From Candidatus Kuenenia stuttgartensis (GTDB lineage: Bacteria > Planctomycetota > GCA-002687715 > CAIWVZ01), in NCBI GenBank assembly GCA_945860915.1, contig CAMARR010000007.1, positions 37,010 through 101,009 of the forward strand: DNA of 64,000 bases, read 5' to 3'. Shown here one piece after another: positions 41,950 to 52,351 of this stretch. How positions within the stretch are numbered: position 1 is the first letter of the stretch; every line of letters begins with the position of its first letter. The translations under genes were made by a program, and so were the position numbers. The notes under the pieces are model-generated. The model was not told the origin of the DNA. It did not search any database and was given only the letters and a program-made list of their open reading frames with translations.

Positions 41950-43322
41950 ACCTCCTCATATAGAGGGCCTGTGTCGACATGATGAGCACTGAGCGCCGCG
42001 GCAAGAACGTCACGGCCAACAAGCAGAGATGCTTTGTCTGGAGCCTCGAAACGCACGGTGAGGTTCGGGGTCGTATTGCTTGCGCGCACAAGAAACCAAC
42101 CTCCCGCAACACGCACGCGGGCGCCATCGATCTCCACGACTTCGTGCCTACGTTTCAGCTCCGAGCACAGCGCATCAACAATTCCAAATTTCACATCGTC
42201 TGCGCAGGGAACTTTGATTTCTGCAGTCGAAACCGACCTCGGGATGTCGTTGAAGAGGTCACTGCAATGTACGCCGGGCGAGTCCATCAGCTTGAGAACC
42301 ATCAACGCTCCATAGAGCGAATCGTCTATCGGGAGATAATCGCGGTTGAAAACGATGTGGCCGGAGAGTTCGCCCCCGAGCACGGCGTCAAGCTCCTTGA
42401 TATCACGCTTCAGAAGCGAGTGTCCAGTCTTCCCCATGACGGGTATCCCGCCGCACTTTCGCACCCAGTCTTCGAGAAAGTCGCCGCATTTCACATCGTA
42501 TCGAATGACGCCAGCGGGATACGTTTTCAGCATGGCCTTAGCAAATATCGCGACGAGCCAATCCGCGGAGATCTTCTGGCCGCGCTCATCGATGACCCCG
42601 ACACGATCTCCATCGCCATCAAATCCAAGACCAAGATCCGCCCGCGTCTCGACGACCTTCGACATGAGGTCTTTCATGTATTTCGGGACCTCGGGATCCG
42701 GCAGATGATTCGGGAAATCTCCGTCCGGATTGCAGTACAAGGGAATCGTGTCGATGCCAAGTCGGTTGAAGGCATCAAGAACCGTCGGTCCCATCACGCC
42801 ATTTCCGCAATCAACGGCTACGCGGAATTTCCTCGTGAATCGGAAGCGCGAGCAAACATCCTCGAGGTAACGATCCATGTAAGCGACCGCGTCGACACGC
42901 CCAGTACCCGCAAGGAGATCACGCCCGTGTGCCTCAAGGTTCAGACTCCGTATCGCATCTCCGTGGAGACCGCTGGTACCTAGGCAACATTTCAATCCGT
43001 TGTCGGGCTTGGGATTGTGGCTTCCAGTCACCATCACGCAACCACCCGCACGGAGCCTGTGAACCGCGTGGTACGTCACCGGTGTGGGCGCCACCCCGAT
43101 GTCGAACACTGTCAGCCCCGTTGAAGCGAGGCCTTCGGCAACGGCATGAGCAAGCATCGGCGATGTATGGCGCACATCTCGACCAACCACTGCATTCGTG
43201 GCGCCGCCACGGACAATTCGACTTCCGAGTGCCTTGCCTACGCCGCGAGCCACTTCCGCGGAAAGTGGCACCGGTGACTTGCCTCGAATGTCGTACTCTC
43301 GGAAAAGATTCGGGTCGAACAT
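41946..43322 (-). CDS. Phosphomannomutase/phosphoglucomutase (alpha-D-phosphohexomutase)
   Basis: FREYDIRG, TGSHNP (phospho-Ser), FDGDGDR (metal), GELSGH, VRASNT. Confidence 0.95.
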   Translation of the reverse strand: MFDPNLFREYDIRGKSPVPLSAEVARGVGKALGSRIVRGGATNAVVGRDVRHTSPMLAHAVAEGLASTGLTVFDIGVAPTPVTYHAVHRLRAGGCVMVTGSHNPKPDNGLKCCLGTSGLHGDAIRSLNLEAHGRDLLAGTGRVDAVAYMDRYLEDVCSRFRFTRKFRVAVDCGNGVMGPTVLDAFNRLGIDTIPLYCNPDGDFPNHLPDPEVPKYMKDLMSKVVETRADLGLGFDGDGDRVGVIDERGQKISADWLVAIFAKAMLKTYPAGVIRYDVKCGDFLEDWVRKCGGIPVMGKTGHSLLKRDIKELDAVLGGELSGHIVFNRDYLPIDDSLYGALMVLKLMDSPGVHCSDLFNDIPRSVSTAEIKVPCADDVKFGIVDALCSELKRRHEVVEIDGARVRVAGGWFLVRASNTTPNLTVRFEAPDKASLLVGRDVLAAALSAHHVDTGPLYEEV

Positions 43323-43369
43323 GCCTCAACCATAGCGACACGCCGACCGTTCGTCGCTAGAATCAGGCC

Positions 43370-44938
43370 ATGAGCATGCCGTTTTCTATCGCCTTCGTGA
43401 TTCTCTTTGCCGGGGTCCCCCTCGTCGCCCAAGACAGTCGCCCTGCTTCACATCCATCGACCGTGAGAGAGGTCGCGATCCTGCACACGAACGACATCCA
43501 TGGAACAATCAGGGCAATGCCTGATCCCCGCTCGCGCGAGGGTACCCCCAAGTTGGTGGGCGGCATTCAAGAACTCTGCGCGGCAATCGATGACGAACGG
43601 TTCAAGTCCCCGAACAACCTGCTCCTCGACGCCGGCGATTGGTACCAGGGCACGCCCGAAGGGACCCTGTCAAAAGGGCTTTGCTCCGTCGAGCTCATGA
43701 ATGCCATCGGATTCGATGCGGCTGTCTTGGGAAATCACGATTTCGACAATGGGGCATCCAATGTCGACACCCTCCTAGGGGTAGCCAGGTTCCCCGTGTT
43801 TGGGGTCAACATCATGGTCCCACCCGGTGCAAGTAAGCCTCCGTACCTCGAGCGCATCACACCAGGGAAGTTATTCATTACAAACGGAGTGAAGATCTTC
43901 GTAGACGGCATTCTGACGGAAGAAGCGCCACGACTCCTGAATCCTGGCGCAATGGGTGGAGCGCTTGTGGAGGCGGAAATCACCGGCGCGCAGCGTGCGG
44001 TTTCCCGCGCGCGGCAGGCGGGTGCCGAGGCACTTGTGCTTGTCAACCACGTTGGAAAAGACCGGCACTTGGTGATTGGTCGTGACGTTCAAGGCATCGA
44101 CGTCCTCATTGGCGGACACAACCACCGAGACGTTATGGATGAGCCCGTGATCATCCCCTCCACTGGGACCTTGATTGCTCAAGCTGCACCCAACGCCGGC
44201 GCGCTCGGAGTCGTTACCTTCGGCTTCGACACGGTCACCCGCAAAGTCGCCTGGAAAAAGAGCCGCCTTCGCCGAGTCGTTGGCGACCCGAGTCTGTCCA
44301 TTCCACGGCTTAAGCCCATCATCGACCTACACGAGAAGGCGGTCGCCGAGAACATGGATCGTCGGGTAGCCGAAGCCCCCGTAGCCATTCTCCGCAGTTC
44401 CGACCTCCGGCGGCCAACGCCTCTCGGCAACCTGCTTACAGAACAAATGCTGGCTGTTTCTGAAGCAGATATCGCTGTTCACAACATCAACGGGATTCGT
44501 GCAGATCTTCCAGCCGGGACGATCCGAGTCCGAGATCTTTTCATGGTCTCCCCATTCGGAAACACGGTCGTCACCGTGAAACTCCCTGGAAAGCACATTC
44601 GAGCACTCGTGGAACGTCACCTCGCCAATCCATCGCGGGGATTTGTTTTCCGGGGCATCACTACGGTATGGCGAGAGTCCGATGGACGCCGCGAGATCGT
44701 CTCGATCATGCACGATGGCAAGGACCTCGACGACGAGCGTCAGTATTCAGTCGTAACAACTGACTATTTGGCGAACGCAGCTGACGGCGCCTCGCCATTT
44801 TCTGCGGCCAGAGAGCGACGTGACCTCGGTATGACGCTGTTGGATGTTTCGATACGCAAGTGTCAGGAGGCTGGACGGCTGAACATTGACCTCGATGCGC
44901 AATGGGTGGAAGCGCCGAAGAAGCCCACTCAGCCGTGA
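43370..44938 (+). CDS. Secreted 5'-nucleotidase / UDP-sugar hydrolase
   Basis: Signal peptide, NDIHG, DAGD, GNHDFD, GGHNH, C-terminal domain NINGIR...PFGN. Confidence 0.92.
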   Translation: MSMPFSIAFVILFAGVPLVAQDSRPASHPSTVREVAILHTNDIHGTIRAMPDPRSREGTPKLVGGIQELCAAIDDERFKSPNNLLLDAGDWYQGTPEGTLSKGLCSVELMNAIGFDAAVLGNHDFDNGASNVDTLLGVARFPVFGVNIMVPPGASKPPYLERITPGKLFITNGVKIFVDGILTEEAPRLLNPGAMGGALVEAEITGAQRAVSRARQAGAEALVLVNHVGKDRHLVIGRDVQGIDVLIGGHNHRDVMDEPVIIPSTGTLIAQAAPNAGALGVVTFGFDTVTRKVAWKKSRLRRVVGDPSLSIPRLKPIIDLHEKAVAENMDRRVAEAPVAILRSSDLRRPTPLGNLLTEQMLAVSEADIAVHNINGIRADLPAGTIRVRDLFMVSPFGNTVVTVKLPGKHIRALVERHLANPSRGFVFRGITTVWRESDGRREIVSIMHDGKDLDDERQYSVVTTDYLANAADGASPFSAARERRDLGMTLLDVSIRKCQEAGRLNIDLDAQWVEAPKKPTQP

Positions 44939-46221
44939 TGGAGCGACTCCACTCGTTCCTCGGCACCCTAGCCATCCTAGGGATCGCTTGGGCACTATGT
45001 CCGAAATCACGTCGGCGTCACGTCAACTATCGAACGCTGTTGTTCGGCCTCGGCCTGCTTTGGGTTTGCGCGTTGCTCGTGCTTATGACGCCGATCAAGA
45101 GCGTGTTCCAGTCGGCTCAACATGGCGTTGATACGCTCATGAGTTTCTGTGATGCAGGAACGGAGTTCGTCTTCGGCAAGGAACTGGTCAACCCCAATGG
45201 AAAACTGGGATTCGTATTCTTAGTGCGAGCACTGCCGCCGATCCTCTTTTTTTCCGCGATCATGTCGGTGCTCTACTACCTCCGTGTTCTGCCCATGATC
45301 GTTCGGTTCCTTGGCCGCACTCTCTCGTCAGTACTTGGCACAAGCGGCGCAGAGTCATTCTCCACGGCTGCGGACATTTTCGTTGGTCAAACGGAGGCTC
45401 CGCTCACCATCCGCCCCTACCTAGCGAAGGCGACACGATCCGAGATTCATGCGTGCATGACCGCAGGATTCGCAACAACGGCGGGCGCAGTGCTTGTTAC
45501 CTACGCGACGATGCTGAAGTCTCTTGTCCCTGGCATCGCAGGGCATCTGATCGTATGCAGCGTACTCTGTGCTCCGGCCTCACTGATCATTGCAAAACTG
45601 ATGTACCCTGAAGATTCAACGCCTGAAACCGCTGGCAAGACGGATCTCGAGTTGCCTCGAACGTCCGTCAACCTCGTCGATGCCATCACATCAGGGACAA
45701 CTGACGGGCTTCGTCTAGCCGTCAACGTTGCGGCCATGTTGATCGTTTTCATCGCGATGACTGCGCTCCTTGATGCGGGACTCATGGGCCTGTCAAAGTG
45801 GTTGGCGTCGCTAGTTGGAGACGGGGGTGGCTTGATACCTCCCGAAGGATGGTCGCTCGCAGGACTCCTTGGGATCATTTTCCGCCCACTCGTCTGGTTG
45901 CTTGGCATCGCCCCCGGCGACGTGCCCCTCGCCGCAAGTCTCATCGGGAAAAAGACTGTTCTCAACGAGTGGATCGCATACCGCGATATGGCCACCACTC
46001 TCGCCGACAATCCGAGCGCCCTATCCGAGCGAGGCCGACTCATCATGTCCTACGCCCTATGCGGCTTCGCCAACTTTGCCAGCATCGGAATTCAGATCGG
46101 TGGTTACTCTGCTCTCGAGCCTTCGCGGAGAAGTGACTTCGCGTCCCTTGCCGTTCGAGCCATGTTCGGTGGACTCCTAACCACTTGTTTGGTTGCCGCC
46201 GTCGTCGGCGTTCTGACGTGA
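44938..46221 (+). CDS. nupC: Concentrative nucleoside transporter (NupC/CNT)
   Basis: GTEFVFG, IFVGQTEAPL, GFATTAG, NEWIAY, YALCGFANFASIGIQIGG. Confidence 0.95.
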   Translation: MERLHSFLGTLAILGIAWALCPKSRRRHVNYRTLLFGLGLLWVCALLVLMTPIKSVFQSAQHGVDTLMSFCDAGTEFVFGKELVNPNGKLGFVFLVRALPPILFFSAIMSVLYYLRVLPMIVRFLGRTLSSVLGTSGAESFSTAADIFVGQTEAPLTIRPYLAKATRSEIHACMTAGFATTAGAVLVTYATMLKSLVPGIAGHLIVCSVLCAPASLIIAKLMYPEDSTPETAGKTDLELPRTSVNLVDAITSGTTDGLRLAVNVAAMLIVFIAMTALLDAGLMGLSKWLASLVGDGGGLIPPEGWSLAGLLGIIFRPLVWLLGIAPGDVPLAASLIGKKTVLNEWIAYRDMATTLADNPSALSERGRLIMSYALCGFANFASIGIQIGGYSALEPSRRSDFASLAVRAMFGGLLTTCLVAAVVGVLT

Positions 46222-47222
46222 GCTCCTTCGATTCCCATCCGAAGGTGGAGCTTCACCTTCACCTAGATGGCGCCCTTCGGACGGCAACACTCTTCGACAT
46301 GGCAACCACCTTCGGCCTGTCCATGCCTCATGGCGGGATTGAGGCCTTTGACTCATTGGTTCGCGCAAGTCCCGACTGCACCTCACTTGAGCAGTTTCTG
46401 AAGCCATTTGACGTGATCGCGCCCATCCTCTCGCACCCGGACACGCTGATTCGGGCCACGAGGGAGGTCATCGAAGACTTGCATGCGCAACACGTTATCC
46501 ATGCTGAGCTTCGATTTGCGGCTAGCCTCATGACGGGACCAAAGCGCCCTCTCGAAGCCGTCGTCGAGGAAGCTCTGACCGGCCTTCATCAAGGAACTTC
46601 GCAAACCGGGATGTCCGCCGGCATCATCCTGTGCGTGTTTCGAATTGGAAGTGTAGACGAGGCACTCCACACCGCGCGGGTCGCTGCGCGTTATCGAGAT
46701 CGTGGCGTTGTCGGAATCGACCTTGCCGGCCCCGAGGCGGCCCCTGCACGACCCTACTATGAAGCATTCCGTCTCGCACGAGATGCGGGGCTTGGCATCA
46801 CGTTGCATGCTGGAGAAGCATGTGGCCCCGAGAACATCCGTGAGGCTATTGACCTGTTCGGTGCCACTCGAATCGGTCACGGGCTAACGCTCGAGCGAGA
46901 CTTAAGACTCATGCGCCAAGTCATAGATCAAGACATCGCCATCGAGTCCTGTCCCACCAGCAATATTCACACCGGCCAAATTCGATCACTCGCCGAGCAT
47001 CCATTTCGTCGCTATTTAGATGCAGGCGTTGCAATCACGCTTTCCACCGACGACCCGTCGCTCTCTCGCATCACACTCAACGGTGAATGGGAGAATTGCA
47101 GGCGCGCGTTTGGACTTGACGCAATGGACTTCGATAGAATCAATGAGAATGCGATTCGTCATGCCTTCATCCCTGCATCCGAGAAAGCGCGCTTCGCCAA
47201 GCGCCTTGAAAGACGCCCATGA
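46218..47222 (+). CDS. add: Adenosine deaminase
   Basis: ELHLHLDG, GIDLAG, HAGE, RIGHG, CPTSN, STDDP; GTG overlaps nupC stop. Confidence 0.93.
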   Translation: MSSFDSHPKVELHLHLDGALRTATLFDMATTFGLSMPHGGIEAFDSLVRASPDCTSLEQFLKPFDVIAPILSHPDTLIRATREVIEDLHAQHVIHAELRFAASLMTGPKRPLEAVVEEALTGLHQGTSQTGMSAGIILCVFRIGSVDEALHTARVAARYRDRGVVGIDLAGPEAAPARPYYEAFRLARDAGLGITLHAGEACGPENIREAIDLFGATRIGHGLTLERDLRLMRQVIDQDIAIESCPTSNIHTGQIRSLAEHPFRRYLDAGVAITLSTDDPSLSRITLNGEWENCRRAFGLDAMDFDRINENAIRHAFIPASEKARFAKRLERRP

Positions 47223-47605
47223 CTCCTGATGAACTTGTCCAGCTCGCAGCCAAGGCTCGAAAGTTGGCGTACGCGCCATACTCCCACTACAAAGTGGGTG
47301 CCGCCATCCTGGCAAACGATGGACGTGTTTTCACCGGCTGCAATGTTGAAAACGCTTCATTTGGCCTCACCTGCTGTGCAGAACGAACGGCCGTGTTCTC
47401 CGCAGTTGCTGCAGGAGCGAAGAAATTCGCAGCGATTGCCATTGTGACTTCCAACGGTGGATCACCGTGCGGAGCGTGTCGACAAGTGCTCCGCGAATTC
47501 GGAACGTCTACGCTCGTCATCATGTCCCGACCAAAAGGACGACCAACCGCAGCCTTGCTCGGGGACCTGCTTCCGGGATCTTTCGGACCGGAGCAACTGC
47601 GATGA
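47219..47605 (+). CDS. cdd: Cytidine deaminase (homotetrameric type)
   Basis: AYAPYS..VGAA, GCNVENAS, CAERTA, PCGACRQ. Confidence 0.96.
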   Translation: MTPDELVQLAAKARKLAYAPYSHYKVGAAILANDGRVFTGCNVENASFGLTCCAERTAVFSAVAAGAKKFAAIAIVTSNGGSPCGACRQVLREFGTSTLVIMSRPKGRPTAALLGDLLPGSFGPEQLR

Positions 47606-49179
47606 AGGCCGCACTGTTTATCGTGCTGATGCTCATCGGAGCCGTCTCGCAGGCTCAGGAGACGCTTCCGGCGCGACCCGAAATCCCCGAATTCCCCACA
47701 GAATCCGTGTGGATCAACACCCCCCGCCCCTTGACGCTCCACGGCGACCTCAAGGGCCACGTCGTACTCCTCGACTTCTGGACCTACTGCTGCATCAACT
47801 GTCTCCACATTCTTCCCGATCTCGAGGACCTAGAGACTCGCTTCCGCGACGTTCCATTCGTCGTCGTCGGAGTTCATAGCGCGAAGTTCGACAACGAGAA
47901 TGTGCCGGAGAACGTCCGGGCAGCAGTCCGTCGTCACCACATCTCACATCCGGTCGTCGTCGATACGAAGCAAGACTTGTGGCAACGACTGGGAGTTCGC
48001 GCATGGCCGACTCTCATTCTCATTGACACCGAGGGGCGTGGATTCCGCGCCTGGTCCGGCGAAGGCAACAAGGAGTCCATCGCGGAGGCGATCACAAAGC
48101 TGGTTGCGGAAGGCCGAGCCCGCGGAACACTTGCCGACAAGGCGTGGAAATCCGAGTCTCTGCCTCCACTTGAAACTGCGACTGGCTTGTCCTTCCCCGG
48201 AAAAGTGATCGGATCACCCACCAGCGATAGGATTTTTGTTGCGGATTCAAGCGCCAACCGAATCATTGAGGCAACCTGGCCCAATAAGGAAGGAAGGTCA
48301 AAACTGGTGCGCATCTTCGGGACGGGTTCCCCGGGCTACGCCGACGGGGATCAGCTGCGCGCCCAGTTCCGCTTTCCACAAGGGCTTGCGCAAGTAGGCA
48401 ATGATCTATGGGTCGCGGACACGGACAACCACGCAGTCCGACATATTGATCTCGCGTCGGGAGTTGTCTCCACGCTTGTAGGCAATGGAACGATGGGCAA
48501 CGATCGTTCCGGCGGAAAGCGAGGCCGAGAACAATCGTTAAATTCCCCATGGGATCTCGCTGCGTCACCTGGGTCCTTGGCCGTCGCGATGGCAGGGACG
48601 CACCAACTCTGGAAGGTCGATACGACGAATGCGCTCGCCCGCAGGTTCTCCGGCTCAGGCCGCGAGAACATCAAAGATGGGGCGCCCGATGTAGCGAATT
48701 TTGCGCAACCATCTGGTCTCGCGTGGCTCGGGGTTGATTTATTGGTCGCCGACAGCGAAACCAGTTCCATTCGTCGAGTTTCACCGGATGGTCGTGCAAG
48801 CACTTTAGTTGGAGAAGGCCTGTTCGAATTTGGAGATACCGACGGACCCTTAGGCAGCGCACGACTTCAACATGCACTCGGTGTTGCTGTTCTCGGCAAG
48901 TCGATCATCATCGCGGATACGTACAACTCTAAACTCAAACTCATCGATACCGGCTTAACTCGCGTTGACACGTTGCCTCTCACATTCGCCAGCGAGCCCA
49001 AGTCGTTAGCGGAGCCAGGCGGAGTCTCTTCAGCCGGAGATAGGTGGCTTGTCGCAGACACAAACCACCACCGCATTCTCCAAGTCTTCGAAGATGGGAG
49101 AGCTATCGAGGTTCAAATTGCTGGGATTCGCAAGCAGGACTCGCGCCCCGCTCCGGCGCCTGAATCCCGCCCTCGTTAA
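47602..49179 (+). CDS. Secreted thioredoxin-like + NHL beta-propeller protein (NHLRC2/SOQ1-like)
   Basis: Signal peptide, LDFWTYCCINC, GVHSAKF, repeated VADxxNxxI NHL motifs; ATG overlaps cdd stop. Confidence 0.9.
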   Translation: MKAALFIVLMLIGAVSQAQETLPARPEIPEFPTESVWINTPRPLTLHGDLKGHVVLLDFWTYCCINCLHILPDLEDLETRFRDVPFVVVGVHSAKFDNENVPENVRAAVRRHHISHPVVVDTKQDLWQRLGVRAWPTLILIDTEGRGFRAWSGEGNKESIAEAITKLVAEGRARGTLADKAWKSESLPPLETATGLSFPGKVIGSPTSDRIFVADSSANRIIEATWPNKEGRSKLVRIFGTGSPGYADGDQLRAQFRFPQGLAQVGNDLWVADTDNHAVRHIDLASGVVSTLVGNGTMGNDRSGGKRGREQSLNSPWDLAASPGSLAVAMAGTHQLWKVDTTNALARRFSGSGRENIKDGAPDVANFAQPSGLAWLGVDLLVADSETSSIRRVSPDGRASTLVGEGLFEFGDTDGPLGSARLQHALGVAVLGKSIIIADTYNSKLKLIDTGLTRVDTLPLTFASEPKSLAEPGGVSSAGDRWLVADTNHHRILQVFEDGRAIEVQIAGIRKQDSRPAPAPESRPR

Positions 49180-50642
49180 AGGACAATCGTCGCGCGAACA
49201 ACGGCGCTGCGTCCAAGGTAACCGGCGTAGCCGATGCTCGGATTAAACGCGATCGAGACAATGTCGAAAGTGAAGGTGCCAAAAGATCCAGCACTCGGAA
49301 TCGTCACGCTAAAGTCACCTGATCCGTCCACCATGACGTGAAAGGGTGCCACTCCCACAGGCAAGGTGAAGGGGAAGAACAGGTCTCCTGACCCAGCACC
49401 CGCCCCGAGCCCAAAGAAGGGACCTGTCCCCAATGGCTGCGTCGTGACGAACGACAGCGCATTGACCACTTCGCTAAATGGCGGCGCGTCCGTCACGGCA
49501 ACCGTAATCGGATTTCCTGCCGCACCAATTTGGGACACGGAAACCTGATGAATTCCGGGAACCTGAATGATGGTTGCAAGGTGCGCTTGGAGGCCGGAAT
49601 TCAAAATGGAAGTTCCCGAGTTTGCACCTCCCGAAGCCGTGCATCCGGCATTGGTATGGATCCCGAAGACCAACTGCGAAGCCTCGTTGACGACGCAAGA
49701 ACCGGAATTTCCGCCAGTGGTATCGACGGTGTATTCCAAGCGTGTTCCAGAGACTAAGGATAAACCACCCGTGTGTGTCGTTGGAGCCTGATTCTGAACG
49801 CCCGCGCCGGTTCCAAATCCTGAGATTCTGGTGGTCGAACCGATGAGCGGGATCGATGTTGCGCGATTGTAGAATCCCTGAACCGAGGGCGCTGAAAGTC
49901 CCGACGTGGTGTTTGAGAATAGTCGAAATGCTGCCCAGTCATTGCCGATTCCACCATTGGTGTACGCGAGTGACGCGGAATCCGCGGGGTACTGATTAAT
50001 GGGCGAAGGGTGCACGACTGCGCCCGATACGGTCGACGGCGGACAGTTGAATTCGACTGTGTACTGATTCCCACCGATGCAGTGACCGGCTGTCATGAAA
50101 ACACCGTTTGCGCTGATCAATCCCCCGGAACAAATCGCGCTTCCTCCGCTATTGAGAAGCCTTCCGATTCTGGTTTCGGCCGTAGGAACGCGATCGTCTG
50201 TTGCGCCGCATATCGAGTCAATGCCAACCACCGACGGGAACCCGGCGTCGACACCGCTGATCGTCACGAACCCGGTTGAAAATGGTGGAAGTTGGAGGCT
50301 AACTCGGACAGAATCACCGTTGAAGTAGCAAGACGTCCCCTCCCACTTCTCATAAGCATCCACATCCAAGTCCTGATGAAAACCATCTAATATGCCCTCA
50401 ACGCGCACGAATGATCCGTTGGGTAAGTCAGCCCCACCAAACCACACCTTCATCCAAGCAGACCCTGGCATGGTGAGAGTAATCGGGGGCGTCGACATGG
50501 AGAGGCTCGATGCATTCACCACCTGTCCGGTTGTCACGAATTGCGGTACATGGGCGCCGTAGGCAGGCCCTACCTGTCCGAATGCAAACGCAGATCCGAA
50601 GATCGCAAGGACAATTCCGAAGGTCGCGTGCTGTAGTTTCAT
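49176..50642 (-). CDS. Secreted trypsin-like serine protease with N-terminal pro-domain and C-terminal beta domain
   Basis: Signal peptide (..AFAFGQ), SICGATDDR, TAGHC, NDWAAF, TTGGNSGS. Confidence 0.88.
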   Translation of the reverse strand: MKLQHATFGIVLAIFGSAFAFGQVGPAYGAHVPQFVTTGQVVNASSLSMSTPPITLTMPGSAWMKVWFGGADLPNGSFVRVEGILDGFHQDLDVDAYEKWEGTSCYFNGDSVRVSLQLPPFSTGFVTISGVDAGFPSVVGIDSICGATDDRVPTAETRIGRLLNSGGSAICSGGLISANGVFMTAGHCIGGNQYTVEFNCPPSTVSGAVVHPSPINQYPADSASLAYTNGGIGNDWAAFRLFSNTTSGLSAPSVQGFYNRATSIPLIGSTTRISGFGTGAGVQNQAPTTHTGGLSLVSGTRLEYTVDTTGGNSGSCVVNEASQLVFGIHTNAGCTASGGANSGTSILNSGLQAHLATIIQVPGIHQVSVSQIGAAGNPITVAVTDAPPFSEVVNALSFVTTQPLGTGPFFGLGAGAGSGDLFFPFTLPVGVAPFHVMVDGSGDFSVTIPSAGSFGTFTFDIVSIAFNPSIGYAGYLGRSAVVRATIVL

Positions 50643-50704
50643 GATGCCCTCTATTCTAACCCTCTCTGATCGTAGTATGCGGAACTCTGTACGCTGCAAA
50701 GAAC

Positions 50705-52351
50705 ATGACCCAGCCCGTCTCTAGGTTGCTCATAACGTTCGCGCTCCTTGTTGCACAAATTGGCGCTCAGATTGCGTTCCCGTATCCACCCCCAAGTCCC
50801 GGCAACACAACACCATGCGACATCCTCATCGCCGGGGGCACATTTGGCGGCGTTGCTGCGGCAGTCGGCGCATCGGGTCTCGACACCTGGGTCATCGAAG
50901 ACTCGGATTGGATTGGCGGACAGGTAACCTCGCAGGGCGTCTCCCCTCTCGACGAACACCGCTTTATCGAGACGTTCGGGGGCACATTCGCCTACGACAC
51001 GTTTCGAAAGCGTATTCGAGACCATTACGGCGAAAAGAACCCGGGGCGAGGATGGGTCAGCCGCCTTTGTTTCGAGCCTCGAATCGGCCTGAAGGTCCTT
51101 GAGCAACTCGCTCGGGAGTCACGTACCAAGGTCCTGCTCAACGCTCGGGTGACTGCAATCACCCGTCAGGCCGAGAAAATCACGTCTGCGACCGTGACCC
51201 TCAAAGACGGCAGCACGCGCGTGTTTAAACCGAAATTCATTCTCGATGCAACCGACCTCGGTGATATCTACCCACTCGCTGGCATTCCCTTCCGCATCGG
51301 CAGCGATGCAAAGGCCGACACCGGAGAGCCACACGCAGACACCGTTGCTAATCCGCGCCGAACTCAGAGCTTCACTTACTGTTTCGCGGTCGACTTCGTC
51401 AAGGGCAACAAGGAACTGATCAACAAACCACGCGACTACGAACGCAACCGTGACAATCAGCCCTATTCTTTGAGCATCGGCGGAGCTGAGCGGCCTCAGG
51501 TTTATCGAGTGTTCGAACACGCGAAGGGCACCGGAGGACCATTCTGGACCTATCGCACGCTGACTCCTGACATTGCGATGATCAACTGGCCCGGCAACGA
51601 CTATCGAGGAACGGAGGTTCTTCTTGCCAACCACGACGACGCAAAAAACCTCGCCTTGGGATTCTTGTACTGGCTTCAGAACGAATGCCCCCGCGATGAC
51701 GGTGGCCGTGGCTATCCTGAGATGCGGCTCCGAAAAGATGTCATGGGTACCGAGGATGGGCTCTCCATGCGCCCATACTACCGTGAAGGTCGTCGACTCA
51801 AGGCAATGACGACCATTGTCGAGCAAGACATCGTCGCAGGGGCGCATTCTAGTTCAGGGAGTTCTGCCCGAGCGGCCCTATTCGCCGATTCCGTTGGAGT
51901 CGGGTACTACCCCATTGATATTCACGTATGCCATGGGGACACCAAGGAAGAACACAGCTCTGGACTGCCCACAAAGCCGTTTCAAATTCCGCTTGGGTCC
52001 TTGATACCTATCGGTGTCACGAACGTACTTGCTGCAGGAAAATCGCTCGGTGTTACGCACGTTACAAACGGCTCATATCGCCTACACCCCGTTGAATGGA
52101 ACACAGGAGAATCAGCAGGCCGCACTGCTCGATTTTGCATCGATAAGCAGAAATCACCAATCGAAGTACGCGCGAACCCCGCCCTCATGCAAGAACTTCA
52201 ACGAAGCCTGCTCACGGATGGCGTACCAATCTTCTGGTATGTCGACTTGAAGCGCGATTCGGCGGACTGGATCGAGGCTCAGATGACAGCCGTCAAATCA
52301 GGAACTGCAGTTGATCCGACATCACTTGGACTCAAGGCGAAGGTGCAATGA
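50705..52351 (+). CDS. FAD-dependent oxidoreductase
   Basis: DILIAGGTFGGVAAA, WIGGQVTSQG, DATDLGD, YYREGRR, YPIDIH, YRLHPVEW; hydrophobic N-terminus. Confidence 0.88.
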   Translation: MTQPVSRLLITFALLVAQIGAQIAFPYPPPSPGNTTPCDILIAGGTFGGVAAAVGASGLDTWVIEDSDWIGGQVTSQGVSPLDEHRFIETFGGTFAYDTFRKRIRDHYGEKNPGRGWVSRLCFEPRIGLKVLEQLARESRTKVLLNARVTAITRQAEKITSATVTLKDGSTRVFKPKFILDATDLGDIYPLAGIPFRIGSDAKADTGEPHADTVANPRRTQSFTYCFAVDFVKGNKELINKPRDYERNRDNQPYSLSIGGAERPQVYRVFEHAKGTGGPFWTYRTLTPDIAMINWPGNDYRGTEVLLANHDDAKNLALGFLYWLQNECPRDDGGRGYPEMRLRKDVMGTEDGLSMRPYYREGRRLKAMTTIVEQDIVAGAHSSSGSSARAALFADSVGVGYYPIDIHVCHGDTKEEHSSGLPTKPFQIPLGSLIPIGVTNVLAAGKSLGVTHVTNGSYRLHPVEWNTGESAGRTARFCIDKQKSPIEVRANPALMQELQRSLLTDGVPIFWYVDLKRDSADWIEAQMTAVKSGTAVDPTSLGLKAKVQ

